Shown here: in pieces, positions 27,511-36,525 of the stretch
Numbering within the stretch: position 1 is the stretch's first letter
Layout of the letters: the number at the start of each line of letters is the position of its first letter
From: an uncultured Oscillospiraceae bacterium
GTDB taxonomy: Bacteria > Bacillota > Clostridia > Oscillospirales > Oscillospiraceae
Direction: 5' to 3'
Assembly (NCBI GenBank): GCA_944385795.1
Contig: CALWYP010000038.1
Location: 5,774-69,773 of the forward strand
DNA length: 64,000 nucleotides
Program-made: the position numbers and the translations under genes
Notes under the pieces: generated by a model
What the model saw: only the letters and a program-made list of their open reading frames with translations
Databases searched by the model: none
What the model was told of the DNA's origin: nothing

Positions 27511-27815
27511 GCCATCTGGCCAAAGACATGACCGATAAGGTCACATGGAAGGAAATAACCCCGGGCTGCAACATTTACGAGGGAGGCACCTCCGCCGTCG
27601 TAGAGACCGGCGACTGGCGCACCATGCGCCCCGTAATAGACTGGGACAAGTGCAAGCAGTGCCTGCTGTGCGTTCCGGTGTGCCCGGATATGTCCATACC
27701 GGTTGATGGCGACGGGAAGCGCGGGGATTTTAACCTCTTCTTCTGCAAGGGCTGCGGCATCTGCGCGAACGCCTGCCCGTTCGGCGCTATCAGCATGGTC
27801 AAAGAGCAAAAGTGA
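27507..27815 (+). CDS. 2-oxoacid:ferredoxin oxidoreductase, delta (2x[4Fe-4S] ferredoxin) subunit
   Basis: CKQCLLCVPVCP and CKGCGICANACP motifs. The start overlaps the gamma subunit stop (ATGA). Confidence 0.85.
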   Translation: MSHLAKDMTDKVTWKEITPGCNIYEGGTSAVVETGDWRTMRPVIDWDKCKQCLLCVPVCPDMSIPVDGDGKRGDFNLFFCKGCGICANACPFGAISMVKEQK

Positions 27816-27827
27816 GGGGGTGGAGAA

Positions 27828-29006
27828 ATGAGCATTCGTGAGAGACTTTCCGGCAACGAGGCAGTTGCCTACGCAATGAAGCAGATAAACCCCGACGTCA
27901 TGGGCGCGTACCCCATAACGCCGAGCACGGAGATACCTCAGTATTTCTCCGCCTATGTGGATAACGGCGAAGTGGACACCGAGTTCATCGCCGTCGAGAG
28001 CGAGCACAGCGCCATGTCCACCTGCATCGGCGCCGAGGCCGCCGGCTGCCGCGCCATAAGCGCCACCAGCTCCTGCGGGCTTTGCTACATGACCGAGATG
28101 CTGTACGTCGCGGCGAGCGACCGCCTGCCCATCACCCTCGCGGTGAGCTGCCGCGCGCTCAGCGGCCCCATCAACATCAACAACGACCACTCCGACGCCA
28201 TGGGCGTGCGCGACACCGGCTGGCTCATGCTCTTTGCCGAGACCAACCAGGAGGCCTACGACAACTACCTCCAGGCCATGCGCATAGCGGAGGCCGTGAG
28301 CCTGCCCATAATGATCTGCCAGGACGGCTTTATCACCTCCCACGCCATCGAGAACATCGAGCTCGTCGAGACGGACAAGGTCAGGGCCTTCGTCGGCGAG
28401 TACAAGCCCGCCCACTACCTGCTCAACAAGGACGAGCCCATGGCCGTCGGCGCTTACGCCACCCCGGTGTACTACATGGAGGCCAAGCGCCAGCAGGCCC
28501 AGGCCATGATGGACGCCAAGGACGTCATCCGCAAGGTCGGCGCCGAGTTCGCCGAGATGACCGGGCGCAGCTACGGCCTCATAGAGAAATACATGATGGA
28601 CGACGCAGAAATCGCCATCGTCATCATGGGCTCCTCCGCCGGCACCGCCAAGGAGGCCATAAAGCAGCTTCGTGCCAGGGGAGTGAAGGCCGGCCTCGTC
28701 AAGGTCAGATCCTTCCGTCCCTTCCCGAGCGAGGACATAGCCGAGGCGCTCTCCGGCGTCAAGGCCTTCGCCGTCATGGACAAGGACGACAGCTTCAACG
28801 CCCACTGCGGCCCCATGTACGCGGAGGTTACCTCGTCGCTCTACGCCGCCGGCGTCAGCGGCCCGAAGGGCGTCAGCTACATATACGGCCTCGGCGGCCG
28901 CGACGTGCGCGTCGAGAGCATTGAGCGCGTTTTCAACGAGCTGGAGGATATCGCCGCGACGGGCAATGCGGGCGAGACCTACCGCTACCTCGAAGTGCGC
29001 GAATAA
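27828..29006 (+). CDS. 2-oxoacid:ferredoxin oxidoreductase, alpha subunit
   Basis: 392 aa. N-terminus GNEAVAYAMKQINPDVMGAYPITPSTEI is typical of PorA/VorA. Confidence 0.85.
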   Translation: MSIRERLSGNEAVAYAMKQINPDVMGAYPITPSTEIPQYFSAYVDNGEVDTEFIAVESEHSAMSTCIGAEAAGCRAISATSSCGLCYMTEMLYVAASDRLPITLAVSCRALSGPININNDHSDAMGVRDTGWLMLFAETNQEAYDNYLQAMRIAEAVSLPIMICQDGFITSHAIENIELVETDKVRAFVGEYKPAHYLLNKDEPMAVGAYATPVYYMEAKRQQAQAMMDAKDVIRKVGAEFAEMTGRSYGLIEKYMMDDAEIAIVIMGSSAGTAKEAIKQLRARGVKAGLVKVRSFRPFPSEDIAEALSGVKAFAVMDKDDSFNAHCGPMYAEVTSSLYAAGVSGPKGVSYIYGLGGRDVRVESIERVFNELEDIAATGNAGETYRYLEVRE

Positions 29007-29020
29007 GGAGGCCGAGAACT

Positions 29021-29953
29021 ATGGCTTACAATCTGAAAGAGAACGTTATGCGCGAAGACCGCCTCTCCGGCGGGCACAGGATGTGCGCCGGCTGCGGCTC
29101 GCCCATCGCCGTGCGCACCGTGCTGCGAGCCCTCGACCCCGGCGACAAGGCCGTAGTCTGCTCGGCCACGAGCTGCCTCGAGGTTTCCACCTTCATGTAC
29201 CCCTACACCGCGTGGAAGGACAGCTTCATCCACAACGCCTTTGAGAACGCGGGCGCGACCATGTCCGGCGTCGAGACCGCTTACCGCGCGATGAAAAAGC
29301 GCGGCAAGATAGACGAGACATGGAAGTTCATCGCCTTCGGCGGCGACGGCGGCACCTACGACATCGGTTTCCAGAGCCTCTCAGGCGCAATGGAGCGCGG
29401 CCACGACATGGTCTACGTCTGCTACGATAACGAGGCGTACATGAACACCGGCATACAGCGCTCTTCCTCCACGCCGCATTTCGCCGATACAACCACGACC
29501 CCCGTCGGCAAGGTGATCCCCGGCAAAATGCAGCAGAAGAAGAACCTCACGAAGATAATGGTCGCCCACAACATCCCCTACGTCGCTCAGACGACCTTCA
29601 TAGGTAACTTCAAGGACATCTCGGAAAAGGCGCACAAAGCCATCTACACCCCGGGCGCGGCGTTCCTGAACGTCATGGCCCCCTGCCCTCGCGGCTGGCG
29701 ATACGCCACCGAGAAGCTCATGGAGATAACCAAGCTCGCCGTCGAGACCTGCGTCTGGCCGCTCTACGAGGTTGTTGGGGGTAAATACGTCCTCAATTAC
29801 GAGCCCAAGAACAAGCTGCCCGTCGAGGCCTACCTCAAGCCGCAGGGCCGCTTCGCGCATATGTTCAAGCCCGGAAACGAGTGGATGATTGAGGAAATGC
29901 AGAAGGAAGTCGACCGCAACTGGGAAGAGCTCCTCAGGCTGTGCAGCATGTAA
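29021..29953 (+). CDS. 2-oxoacid:ferredoxin oxidoreductase, beta (TPP-binding) subunit
   Basis: CAGCG near the N-terminus and the TPP motif GGDGGTYDIG...YDNEAYMNTG. Confidence 0.85.
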   Translation: MAYNLKENVMREDRLSGGHRMCAGCGSPIAVRTVLRALDPGDKAVVCSATSCLEVSTFMYPYTAWKDSFIHNAFENAGATMSGVETAYRAMKKRGKIDETWKFIAFGGDGGTYDIGFQSLSGAMERGHDMVYVCYDNEAYMNTGIQRSSSTPHFADTTTTPVGKVIPGKMQQKKNLTKIMVAHNIPYVAQTTFIGNFKDISEKAHKAIYTPGAAFLNVMAPCPRGWRYATEKLMEITKLAVETCVWPLYEVVGGKYVLNYEPKNKLPVEAYLKPQGRFAHMFKPGNEWMIEEMQKEVDRNWEELLRLCSM

Positions 29954-30064
29954 GCTCAAAGCCGCGCTTATCCGCCCTGCCGGCAAACAACAGGCAGCCT
30001 GAAGCGGCTTAGAAGAGCTAAACAAAACCATATAATATTGAAGTTGAAATTATTCAATCAGCCG

Positions 30065-30105
30065 AAAGGGCTTGCCGCCTGTCATTCACAGGCGGCAAGC
30101 CCTTT
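30065..30105. terminator. Bidirectional terminator between the oxidoreductase operon and the convergent GH2 gene
   Basis: AAAGGGCTTGCCGCCTGT-CATTC-ACAGGCGGCAAGCCCTTT perfect hairpin. Confidence 0.8.
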
Positions 30106-30176
30106 GGCTTTGCCCTGACTATGCGGATATTGCGGCGAAGTCAGCTCGCAGCGCCGGGTGGCGCCGCGGGCGCGCG

Positions 30177-31889
30177 TTATTTCACTTCCGGCATTTTTAT
30201 AATCCGCTTCACGTCGCCGGGGGCGAGCTTTATTACGCGGCGGTCGTAGGTTATAAGGCCGTTGAGCTCGGTTTCGACGTCCGTGAGCTGGGTGTAGACG
30301 GCGGCGGCGAGGCCCTTCATGCACGCGGGGCGGATCTGCCCGTCGTAGAGCAGGGTGAGGGCGCGGCGGAACTTGTCCTGGCTCTGGAATTTCTTATAGC
30401 CGAAGGGCTTGTCCGTGACGCTGTGCCCGGCTATGGGCAGGGCGTAGCCGCCGAACTCGCTGAGCGCGACGCAGCGGCCGGCCTTGTCGGGCCTGTATTT
30501 ATAGTCGTCAAAATAGAGGTGTATGCTCCTGAGCTCGCCCGTGCCCTGGTCGTGCCAGCCGCTGGCCCTGTCTATGATCCGCGTGGGGTCGATTTCCGCC
30601 ACGGCCCCGGCCAGGGCGTCGGAATCGAACTGCCCCCAGCCCTCGTTGAAGAGCACCCACATGACTATGCAGGGGGAGTTGTAGAGGCAGGAGACCATGT
30701 CGAGCAGCTCCTCGCGGAACTCGTCCCGGCCGGCCCCGTCGCGCCGCGCGAACTTGGCGTAATTGCCGTCCCGGCTGTGCGCGCCGGTGAGCAGGGGGGC
30801 GCTTACGGTGAGGGCGGAGTAGTTCCCGCCGCCGTTGGGCATGTCCTGCCAGACCAGCATGCCCAGCCTGTCGCAGTGGTAGTACCAGCGGGCGCTCTCC
30901 ACCTTGACGTGCTTGCGCAGGGTGTTGAAGCCCATGGCCTTTGCCGCGGCGATGTCGAAGGCCAGGGCCTCGTCGCTGGGCGCGGTGTACAGCCCGTCGG
31001 GCCACCAGCCTTGGTCCAGCAGCCCGTTCATGAAATAGGGCTTGCCGTTGAGCAGCAGGCGCTTAACCCCGGAGCGGTCCTCGCCCACGCCCACGCTGCG
31101 CAGGGCGAAGTAGCTCTCCACCCGGTCGGCGCCGAGCGCGAGCTCCAGCTTGTACAGGTAGGGGTCCTCGGGCGTCCAGGGATGCGCTTCCTCGAGCTTC
31201 AGCACGGCCGCCTCCCCGGCGCTGAAGTCGTAGGCCGCGCCGCCGTTTATCACCGCGCGCACACGGCCCTCGCCGCCGCAGGTGAGCTCCACGGAGCCGT
31301 CTTCAAGGCGCGGCGTTATGAACAGCGAATCAATGTAATTCTCCGGCACGCTCTCAAGCCATACGGTCTGCCATATGCCGCTCACGGGCCCGTACCATAT
31401 CCCGCCGGGCTTGAGCTTCTGCTTGCCCCGGGTGTGGTAGGTCCTGTCCGTCCCGTCCGTCACGCGCACCACGAGCTCGTTCACGCCCTCGCCCAGCAGC
31501 TCCGTCACGTCCGCGGAGAAGGGGAGATAGCCGCCCGTGTGTACGCAGACGTCCTCGCCGTTGAGCCAGACGCGCGCGCACTGGTCCACCGCGCCGAAAT
31601 GCAGCAGCACCCGGCCTATGTTGAAGCCCTCGGGCAGTTCAAAGCCGCGCCTGTACCAGAGGTATTCTCCGGGCAGCAGCGCCCGGCCCACGCCCGAAAG
31701 GGCGCTCTCAGGCGGGAAGGGCACGCAGATCTCGCCGCCGTATTCCGCCGGGGCGGAATTCGACGCGGTAAAGGCGCAGTCCCACAGCCCGTTGAGGCTC
31801 ATCCAGCGCTCGCGCCGGAGCTGGGGGCGTGGATATTCGGGCAGCGGGTTCTCGCGCTCAAGCGCTTCGCCCCATTTGGTCAGCAGCAT
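30177..31889 (-). CDS. Glycoside hydrolase family 2 enzyme (beta-galactosidase/glucuronidase-like, short form)
   Basis: N-terminus ENPLPEYPRPQLRRERWMSLNGLW and acid/base region PCIVMWVLFNEGWGQ. RBS AAGGAGG. Confidence 0.75.
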   Translation of the reverse strand: MLLTKWGEALERENPLPEYPRPQLRRERWMSLNGLWDCAFTASNSAPAEYGGEICVPFPPESALSGVGRALLPGEYLWYRRGFELPEGFNIGRVLLHFGAVDQCARVWLNGEDVCVHTGGYLPFSADVTELLGEGVNELVVRVTDGTDRTYHTRGKQKLKPGGIWYGPVSGIWQTVWLESVPENYIDSLFITPRLEDGSVELTCGGEGRVRAVINGGAAYDFSAGEAAVLKLEEAHPWTPEDPYLYKLELALGADRVESYFALRSVGVGEDRSGVKRLLLNGKPYFMNGLLDQGWWPDGLYTAPSDEALAFDIAAAKAMGFNTLRKHVKVESARWYYHCDRLGMLVWQDMPNGGGNYSALTVSAPLLTGAHSRDGNYAKFARRDGAGRDEFREELLDMVSCLYNSPCIVMWVLFNEGWGQFDSDALAGAVAEIDPTRIIDRASGWHDQGTGELRSIHLYFDDYKYRPDKAGRCVALSEFGGYALPIAGHSVTDKPFGYKKFQSQDKFRRALTLLYDGQIRPACMKGLAAAVYTQLTDVETELNGLITYDRRVIKLAPGDVKRIIKMPEVK

Positions 31890-32077
31890 ACCGGCGCCTC
31901 CTTAACTTCAGTCTTCTATATATTCTACACTAACTTCGCCCTCTTGCAAAGACGGAAATGCCGCCTCGTCACTATGCACAATGCGATAGTTAATTAACAA
32001 GCAGCTTTCGACGCGAAAACTGTAAAATTGTTAACACAATGACAGATAAATAGCATAGATTAACATTTATTATGCAC

Positions 32078-32095
32078 TTGTCAATCATTTCGCAA
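32078..32095 (+). promoter_or_regulatory. Candidate Rex (redox repressor) operator upstream of rnfC
   Basis: TTGTCAATCATTTCGCAA versus the generic Rex consensus TTGTGAA-N4-TTCACAA (two mismatches). A weaker copy, TTGTTAACACAATGACAG, is at 32028..32045. Confidence 0.3.
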
Positions 32096-32199
32096 TATTG
32101 TCAAGAAATAATCTTGGAAAAATGGTGTATTTGCTTCATAATGTCTGGACACAAAATGACAAACGTGATACTATATTATGGCTGTAAGATCTATGAGAG

Positions 32200-33600
32200 G
32201 TGATGCTCATGCCCTATAAGTACTATGGCGGTGTTCACCCGGACTACGCTAAGACCGCTGCGAAGACACCCGTGCGGCCTATAGCCCCGCCGAAGCAGGT
32301 CGTCATACCGATGGTACAGCACATCGGCGCGCCTGACCATCCCACAGTTAAGGTGGGGGATACCGTGACAGTGGGACAGGTGATCGGCACGAACGACGCC
32401 CCGGTTTCCGCCCCGATACACGCGACGGTCTCCGGCACGGTCGTGGCTGTCGAGCCCAGGCGGCACATGCTGGGCGACATGGTTATGTCCGTCGTGATCG
32501 ACAACGACTTCAAGGACACGCCCTGCGAAGATATGAAGCCCCTCACAGGGGACGAGCTCGAGGATCCCGAGGCCATAATCAGGCGCATCCGTGAGGCCGG
32601 CGTCGTCGGCATGGGCGGGGCGATGTTCCCGACCGCGTTCAAAATCCAGGGCGCCGCCGGCAAGGTGGACACGCTTATCATCAACGGCGCCGAGTGCGAG
32701 CCCTATCTCTGCGGCGACCACCGCACTATGCTCGAGCACCCCGAGGAGCTGCTCAAGGGCATAGAGCTTGTGCGCATAGCCCACGGGCTGGACAAGTGCT
32801 ACTACGGCATCGAGAAGAACAAGCAGGACGCCATAGACCTGCTCACGGGCCTCGACCCGGCCAAGTACGGCGTGGAGATAGTCCCCGAGGCGGTCAAGTA
32901 CCCCCAGGGCGCCGAGAAAATGCAGGTCAAGGCCAACACCAACCGCGAGGTCAAGCCCGGCGGGCTGCCGAGCGGCGTCGGCGCGAACGTCGTCTCCACC
33001 TACACGGCCTACACGGTTTACCGCGCCTGCTACGAGGGCGTCCCCTCCATTGAGCGCGTGGTCACCGTCGCGGGCGACTGCGTCAGCGAGGCGCAGAACC
33101 TGCTCGTGCGCTTCGGCACCCCGCTGGAGCACATCTTCGCCGAGGCGGGCGCGGATATGGACCGCGTCGAGCGCATCTGCATGGGCGGACCCATGATGGG
33201 CATCTGCGTGGCCGACCCCTCCGCCGGCTCCGTCAAGGGCGCGAGCGGCCTGCTGCTCTTCAGCCGCGACATGAACCGGGAGAGCGAGACGCCGACCTGC
33301 ATCCGCTGCGGCAACTGCGTCGCGCACTGCCCCATGAAGCTCGAACCCATTTACATGTATATGTATGTGAACCAGGGCGACATAAGGAAGATGGAGGAGT
33401 ACCACGTCATGGACTGCTTTGAATGTGGCTCCTGCTCCTACGGCTGCCCCGGCCGCCTGTCCCTGACGCACACCTTCAAGGTCGGCCAGGCCATGATAAC
33501 CGCCCACCGCGCCGAGGAGCGCGCCAAGGCGGAGGCCGCGAAGATCAACGCCGCCGCTGCCGCCAAGGCGCAGGACGGCGGAAAGGAGGCCCGCGCGTAA
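32200..33600 (+). CDS. rnfC: Rnf electron-transport complex subunit C
   Basis: Two ferredoxin motifs, CIRCGNCVAHCP and CFECGSCSYGCP. GMGGAMFPT nucleotide/FMN region. First gene of the rnfCDGEAB order. ATG 32209 is an alternative start. Confidence 0.9.
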   Translation: MMLMPYKYYGGVHPDYAKTAAKTPVRPIAPPKQVVIPMVQHIGAPDHPTVKVGDTVTVGQVIGTNDAPVSAPIHATVSGTVVAVEPRRHMLGDMVMSVVIDNDFKDTPCEDMKPLTGDELEDPEAIIRRIREAGVVGMGGAMFPTAFKIQGAAGKVDTLIINGAECEPYLCGDHRTMLEHPEELLKGIELVRIAHGLDKCYYGIEKNKQDAIDLLTGLDPAKYGVEIVPEAVKYPQGAEKMQVKANTNREVKPGGLPSGVGANVVSTYTAYTVYRACYEGVPSIERVVTVAGDCVSEAQNLLVRFGTPLEHIFAEAGADMDRVERICMGGPMMGICVADPSAGSVKGASGLLLFSRDMNRESETPTCIRCGNCVAHCPMKLEPIYMYMYVNQGDIRKMEEYHVMDCFECGSCSYGCPGRLSLTHTFKVGQAMITAHRAEERAKAEAAKINAAAAAKAQDGGKEARA

Positions 33601-34634
33601 TGGAAGAGAAGAGGCTCTTTAAAGTTACATCCAACCCCATACTCAGGACGCCGCGTGACACCTCCAGGATAATGCTCGACGTCATTATCGGCCTTGTCCC
33701 CGCCCTGGCCGTGGGCATCTGGCAGTTCGGCGTGAACGCCGCCGTGCTGCTCGCCGTCAACATAGCCGCCTGCGTGTTCTTCGAGTGGATATACCGCAAG
33801 CTCATGAAGAAGAACTGCGCCGTGGGCGACCTCTCCGCCGTCGTCACCGGCATACTGCTCACCTGCGTCATGCCGTCCAACGCCCCCTGGTGGGTCGGCC
33901 TCATAGGCTGCTTCTTCGGGATAGTGGTAGTCAAGCAGCTCTACGGCGGCATAGGCAAGAACTTCCTGAACCCCGCCCTGGCGGCCCGCGCCTTCCTCTC
34001 GGCCGCCTACGCCGTGTTCATGACGAGCTGGGCCGTCCCCGCCGCGATGAGCGGCTTTGTGGACGCCGCCACCATGGCCACCCCGCTCTCCTACCTGCAC
34101 AACGGCGACGCCCTGCCCGAGTACTTCACCTACGCCAACATGTTCCTCGGCGGCATCCCGGGCAGCATAGGCGAGACGAGCGCCCTCGCCATCCTCATCG
34201 GCGGCGCGTGGCTGCTCCTCCGCAAAGTCATAAACTGGCGCATCCCCGTGAGCTTCATCGGCTCCGTCGCCGTTCTGACCCTTATCTTCGGCTGCGAGGG
34301 CTACGGCAATGTTGAGTGGATGCTCTACAACGTCCTCTCCGGCGGCCTCATGCTCGGCGCCTTCTTCATGGCGACCGACTACTCCACCAGCCCCGTCAAC
34401 CTCAAGGGCCAGCTGCTCTACGGCGTGGGCTGCGGCGCGATAACCGTGCTGATACGCTACTTCGGCTCCTATCCCGAGGGCGTCAGCTACGCCATCCTCA
34501 TCATGAACTGCTGCACCTGGGCCATAGACCGCGCGCTCAGGCCGCGCCAGTTCGGCGTCACCGCCGAGGATGTCAAGGCCAGGAAGGCCGCGGCCAAGGA
34601 GGCCAAGAAAAATGCGAAGGAGGGCGCTGCGTAA
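33600..34634 (+). CDS. rnfD: Rnf complex subunit D
   Basis: Polytopic membrane protein. The start overlaps the rnfC stop (TAATG). The track ORF 33423 carries an Arg/Pro/Gly-rich, non-protein-like N-terminal extension. FMN attachment region LMLGAFFMATDYSTSP. Confidence 0.9.
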   Translation: MEEKRLFKVTSNPILRTPRDTSRIMLDVIIGLVPALAVGIWQFGVNAAVLLAVNIAACVFFEWIYRKLMKKNCAVGDLSAVVTGILLTCVMPSNAPWWVGLIGCFFGIVVVKQLYGGIGKNFLNPALAARAFLSAAYAVFMTSWAVPAAMSGFVDAATMATPLSYLHNGDALPEYFTYANMFLGGIPGSIGETSALAILIGGAWLLLRKVINWRIPVSFIGSVAVLTLIFGCEGYGNVEWMLYNVLSGGLMLGAFFMATDYSTSPVNLKGQLLYGVGCGAITVLIRYFGSYPEGVSYAILIMNCCTWAIDRALRPRQFGVTAEDVKARKAAAKEAKKNAKEGAA

Positions 34635-35191
34635 TGACCGAAACCGCTAAGAAGCGCGGCATGAACCCCATCGTCCGTCTCGCGCTGATACTTTTCGCCG
34701 TGTCCGCCATAACGAGCGGCGTGCTCGGCGTCGTAAACGGCTTTACCGCCGACAGGATAGCCGAGCAGCAAAGGCTCAAGACCGAAGCCGCCTATAACGC
34801 CGTGCTGCCCAGCGAGAGCGGCTATACCGAGGCCGCCTTCGACGCCGAGGCCTTCCCGACCGTCAACACCGTTTCCGCCGCCGGCAACGCCGGCTGGGTC
34901 GTCGAGCTCACCTTCTCCGGCGCCCAGAGCTCCATAACCGCCGCCTTCGGCGTGAGCGCAGAGGACTACACGATAACCGGCGCGAGCGTGATCGACCACG
35001 CCGAGACGAGCGGGCTTGGCGCCAAGATAACCGAGCCCGATTTCCTCGGCTCTTTCACCGGCCAGTCCGAGGGCATGGCCGTCACCAAGGACGGCGGCAC
35101 GGTGGACTCCATCACCGCCGCGACCATATCCTCCAGGGCCATGGCCAACGCGGCCAACACCGCCATCGCCGTCTGCGAGTCGCTGGGTTAA
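34634..35191 (+). CDS. rnfG: Rnf complex subunit G
   Basis: Single N-terminal TM segment and an FMN-binding motif near the C-terminus (DSITAATISSRA). TAATG overlap with rnfD. Confidence 0.85.
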   Translation: MTETAKKRGMNPIVRLALILFAVSAITSGVLGVVNGFTADRIAEQQRLKTEAAYNAVLPSESGYTEAAFDAEAFPTVNTVSAAGNAGWVVELTFSGAQSSITAAFGVSAEDYTITGASVIDHAETSGLGAKITEPDFLGSFTGQSEGMAVTKDGGTVDSITAATISSRAMANAANTAIAVCESLG

Positions 35192-35205
35192 AGGAGGGGC
35201 GCTAA

Positions 35206-35931
35206 ATGAGTATAAAGCAACAGTTCAAGGAAGGCCTCATCACCAGTAACCCCGTCCTGGTGCAGCGTATCGGCATGTGCTCCACAATGGCCATCACGAC
35301 CACGCTGTTCAACGGCATAGGCATGGGCCTGTCCGTCCTCATCATCCTCACCTGCTGCAACGTGGCCATCTCCGCGCTGCGCAAGGCCATCCCGAACGAC
35401 ATCCGCCTGGCCATCTTCGTCGTGGTCATCGCCGGCTTCGTCACCATAGTCGACCTGCTGCTGCAGGCCTTCATACCCGCGCTGAGCGCCTCGCTCGGCG
35501 TCTTCATCCCGCTTATCGTCGTCAACTGCATCATCATCGGCCGCGCGGAGGCCTTCTGCCAGCACGAGCCCGTCGGCCCCAGCTTCTGGGACGGTATCTT
35601 CCAGGGCTTCGGCTACACCGTCGTCCTCGTTTGCATGTGCCTCATCCGCGAGCTGCTCGGCTCCGGCACCTTCGGCACGGGCATTTTCGAGATAGTCAAC
35701 GGAGCGCTTAGCGTCTCCTTCGACGGCTCCGCCGCCGGCATCCGCATCTTCCCCGAACAGTTCGGCGCTACGATACTTATCATGCCCTTCGGCGGCTTCC
35801 TCACGCTCGCCTCCCTGCTCGCGCTCATGCAGTACGCCCTGCGCAAGAGCGCCGAGAAGAAGGAGAAGGCCGCGCGCGCCGCGAAGGTAGAAATCCCGGC
35901 TCCCGCCGAAGCAAAGGAGGCTGCTGAGTAA
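35206..35931 (+). CDS. rnfE: Rnf complex subunit E
   Basis: Membrane protein homologous in layout to the following RnfA. N-terminal NPVLVQRIGMCSTMA block. Confidence 0.85.
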   Translation: MSIKQQFKEGLITSNPVLVQRIGMCSTMAITTTLFNGIGMGLSVLIILTCCNVAISALRKAIPNDIRLAIFVVVIAGFVTIVDLLLQAFIPALSASLGVFIPLIVVNCIIIGRAEAFCQHEPVGPSFWDGIFQGFGYTVVLVCMCLIRELLGSGTFGTGIFEIVNGALSVSFDGSAAGIRIFPEQFGATILIMPFGGFLTLASLLALMQYALRKSAEKKEKAARAAKVEIPAPAEAKEAAE

Positions 35932-36512
35932 TGGGTATGAACATCCTTACAATCTCGCTCGGCGCGATTTTGATGAACAACTTCATCTTCTCGCAGTTCC
36001 TGGGCTGCTGCCCCTTCCTCGGCTGCTCCACGAAGGTGGACACCGCCGTCGGCATGGGCATCGCCGTCACCTTCGTCATGGGGCTCTCGAGCGCGATATG
36101 CTACGCGGTAAACCAGCTGCTCGTAATGCTCGGCCTGGGCTATATGAGCACCCTCGCGTTCATCCTCGTCATCGCCGTGCTGGTGCAGTTCGTCGAGATG
36201 TTCCTCAAGAAGAGCATCCCCAGCCTCTACACCGCGCTCGGCATCTACCTGCCGCTCATCACCACCAACTGCGCCGTCCTCGGCGTCGTGCTGCTGAACG
36301 TGCAGAACAACTACAACTTCATTGAGAGCGTCGTATACGGCGTCACCGGCGGCCTGGGCTTCATGCTCGCCATAGTCCTGTTCGCCACCGTCCGCGACCG
36401 CCTCCAGTTTGCCGACTATCCCGAGAGCTTCGAGGGCTTCCCCATAGCGCTGACCACGGCCGGCCTGCTGGCCCTGGCCTTCATGGGCTTCTCCGGCATG
36501 AGCATAGCGTAA
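35931..36512 (+). CDS. rnfA: Rnf complex subunit A
   Basis: 193-aa membrane protein with NNFIFSQFLGCCPFLG and PLITTNCAVLG blocks. The start overlaps the rnfE stop. Confidence 0.85.
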   Translation: MGMNILTISLGAILMNNFIFSQFLGCCPFLGCSTKVDTAVGMGIAVTFVMGLSSAICYAVNQLLVMLGLGYMSTLAFILVIAVLVQFVEMFLKKSIPSLYTALGIYLPLITTNCAVLGVVLLNVQNNYNFIESVVYGVTGGLGFMLAIVLFATVRDRLQFADYPESFEGFPIALTTAGLLALAFMGFSGMSIA

Positions 36513-36525
36513 GGAGGCCTGAGCC

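Noticed and set aside
30072-31997. 641-aa plus-strand ORF opposite the GH2 gene. Similar long antisense ORFs occur at 32191..33507, 40130..41965, 47185..49224, 62032..63804, 6538..7959, 7334..8455, 14987..16612, 15457..16479, 38958..40097, 25527..26507, 26518..27429, 27270..28805, 12237..13211 and 49679..50434
   Set aside because: All lie antisense to genes with clear family motifs. All translate to Arg/Gly/Ala/Pro/His-rich low-complexity sequence. This is a high-GC artefact, not evidence of overlapping genes.
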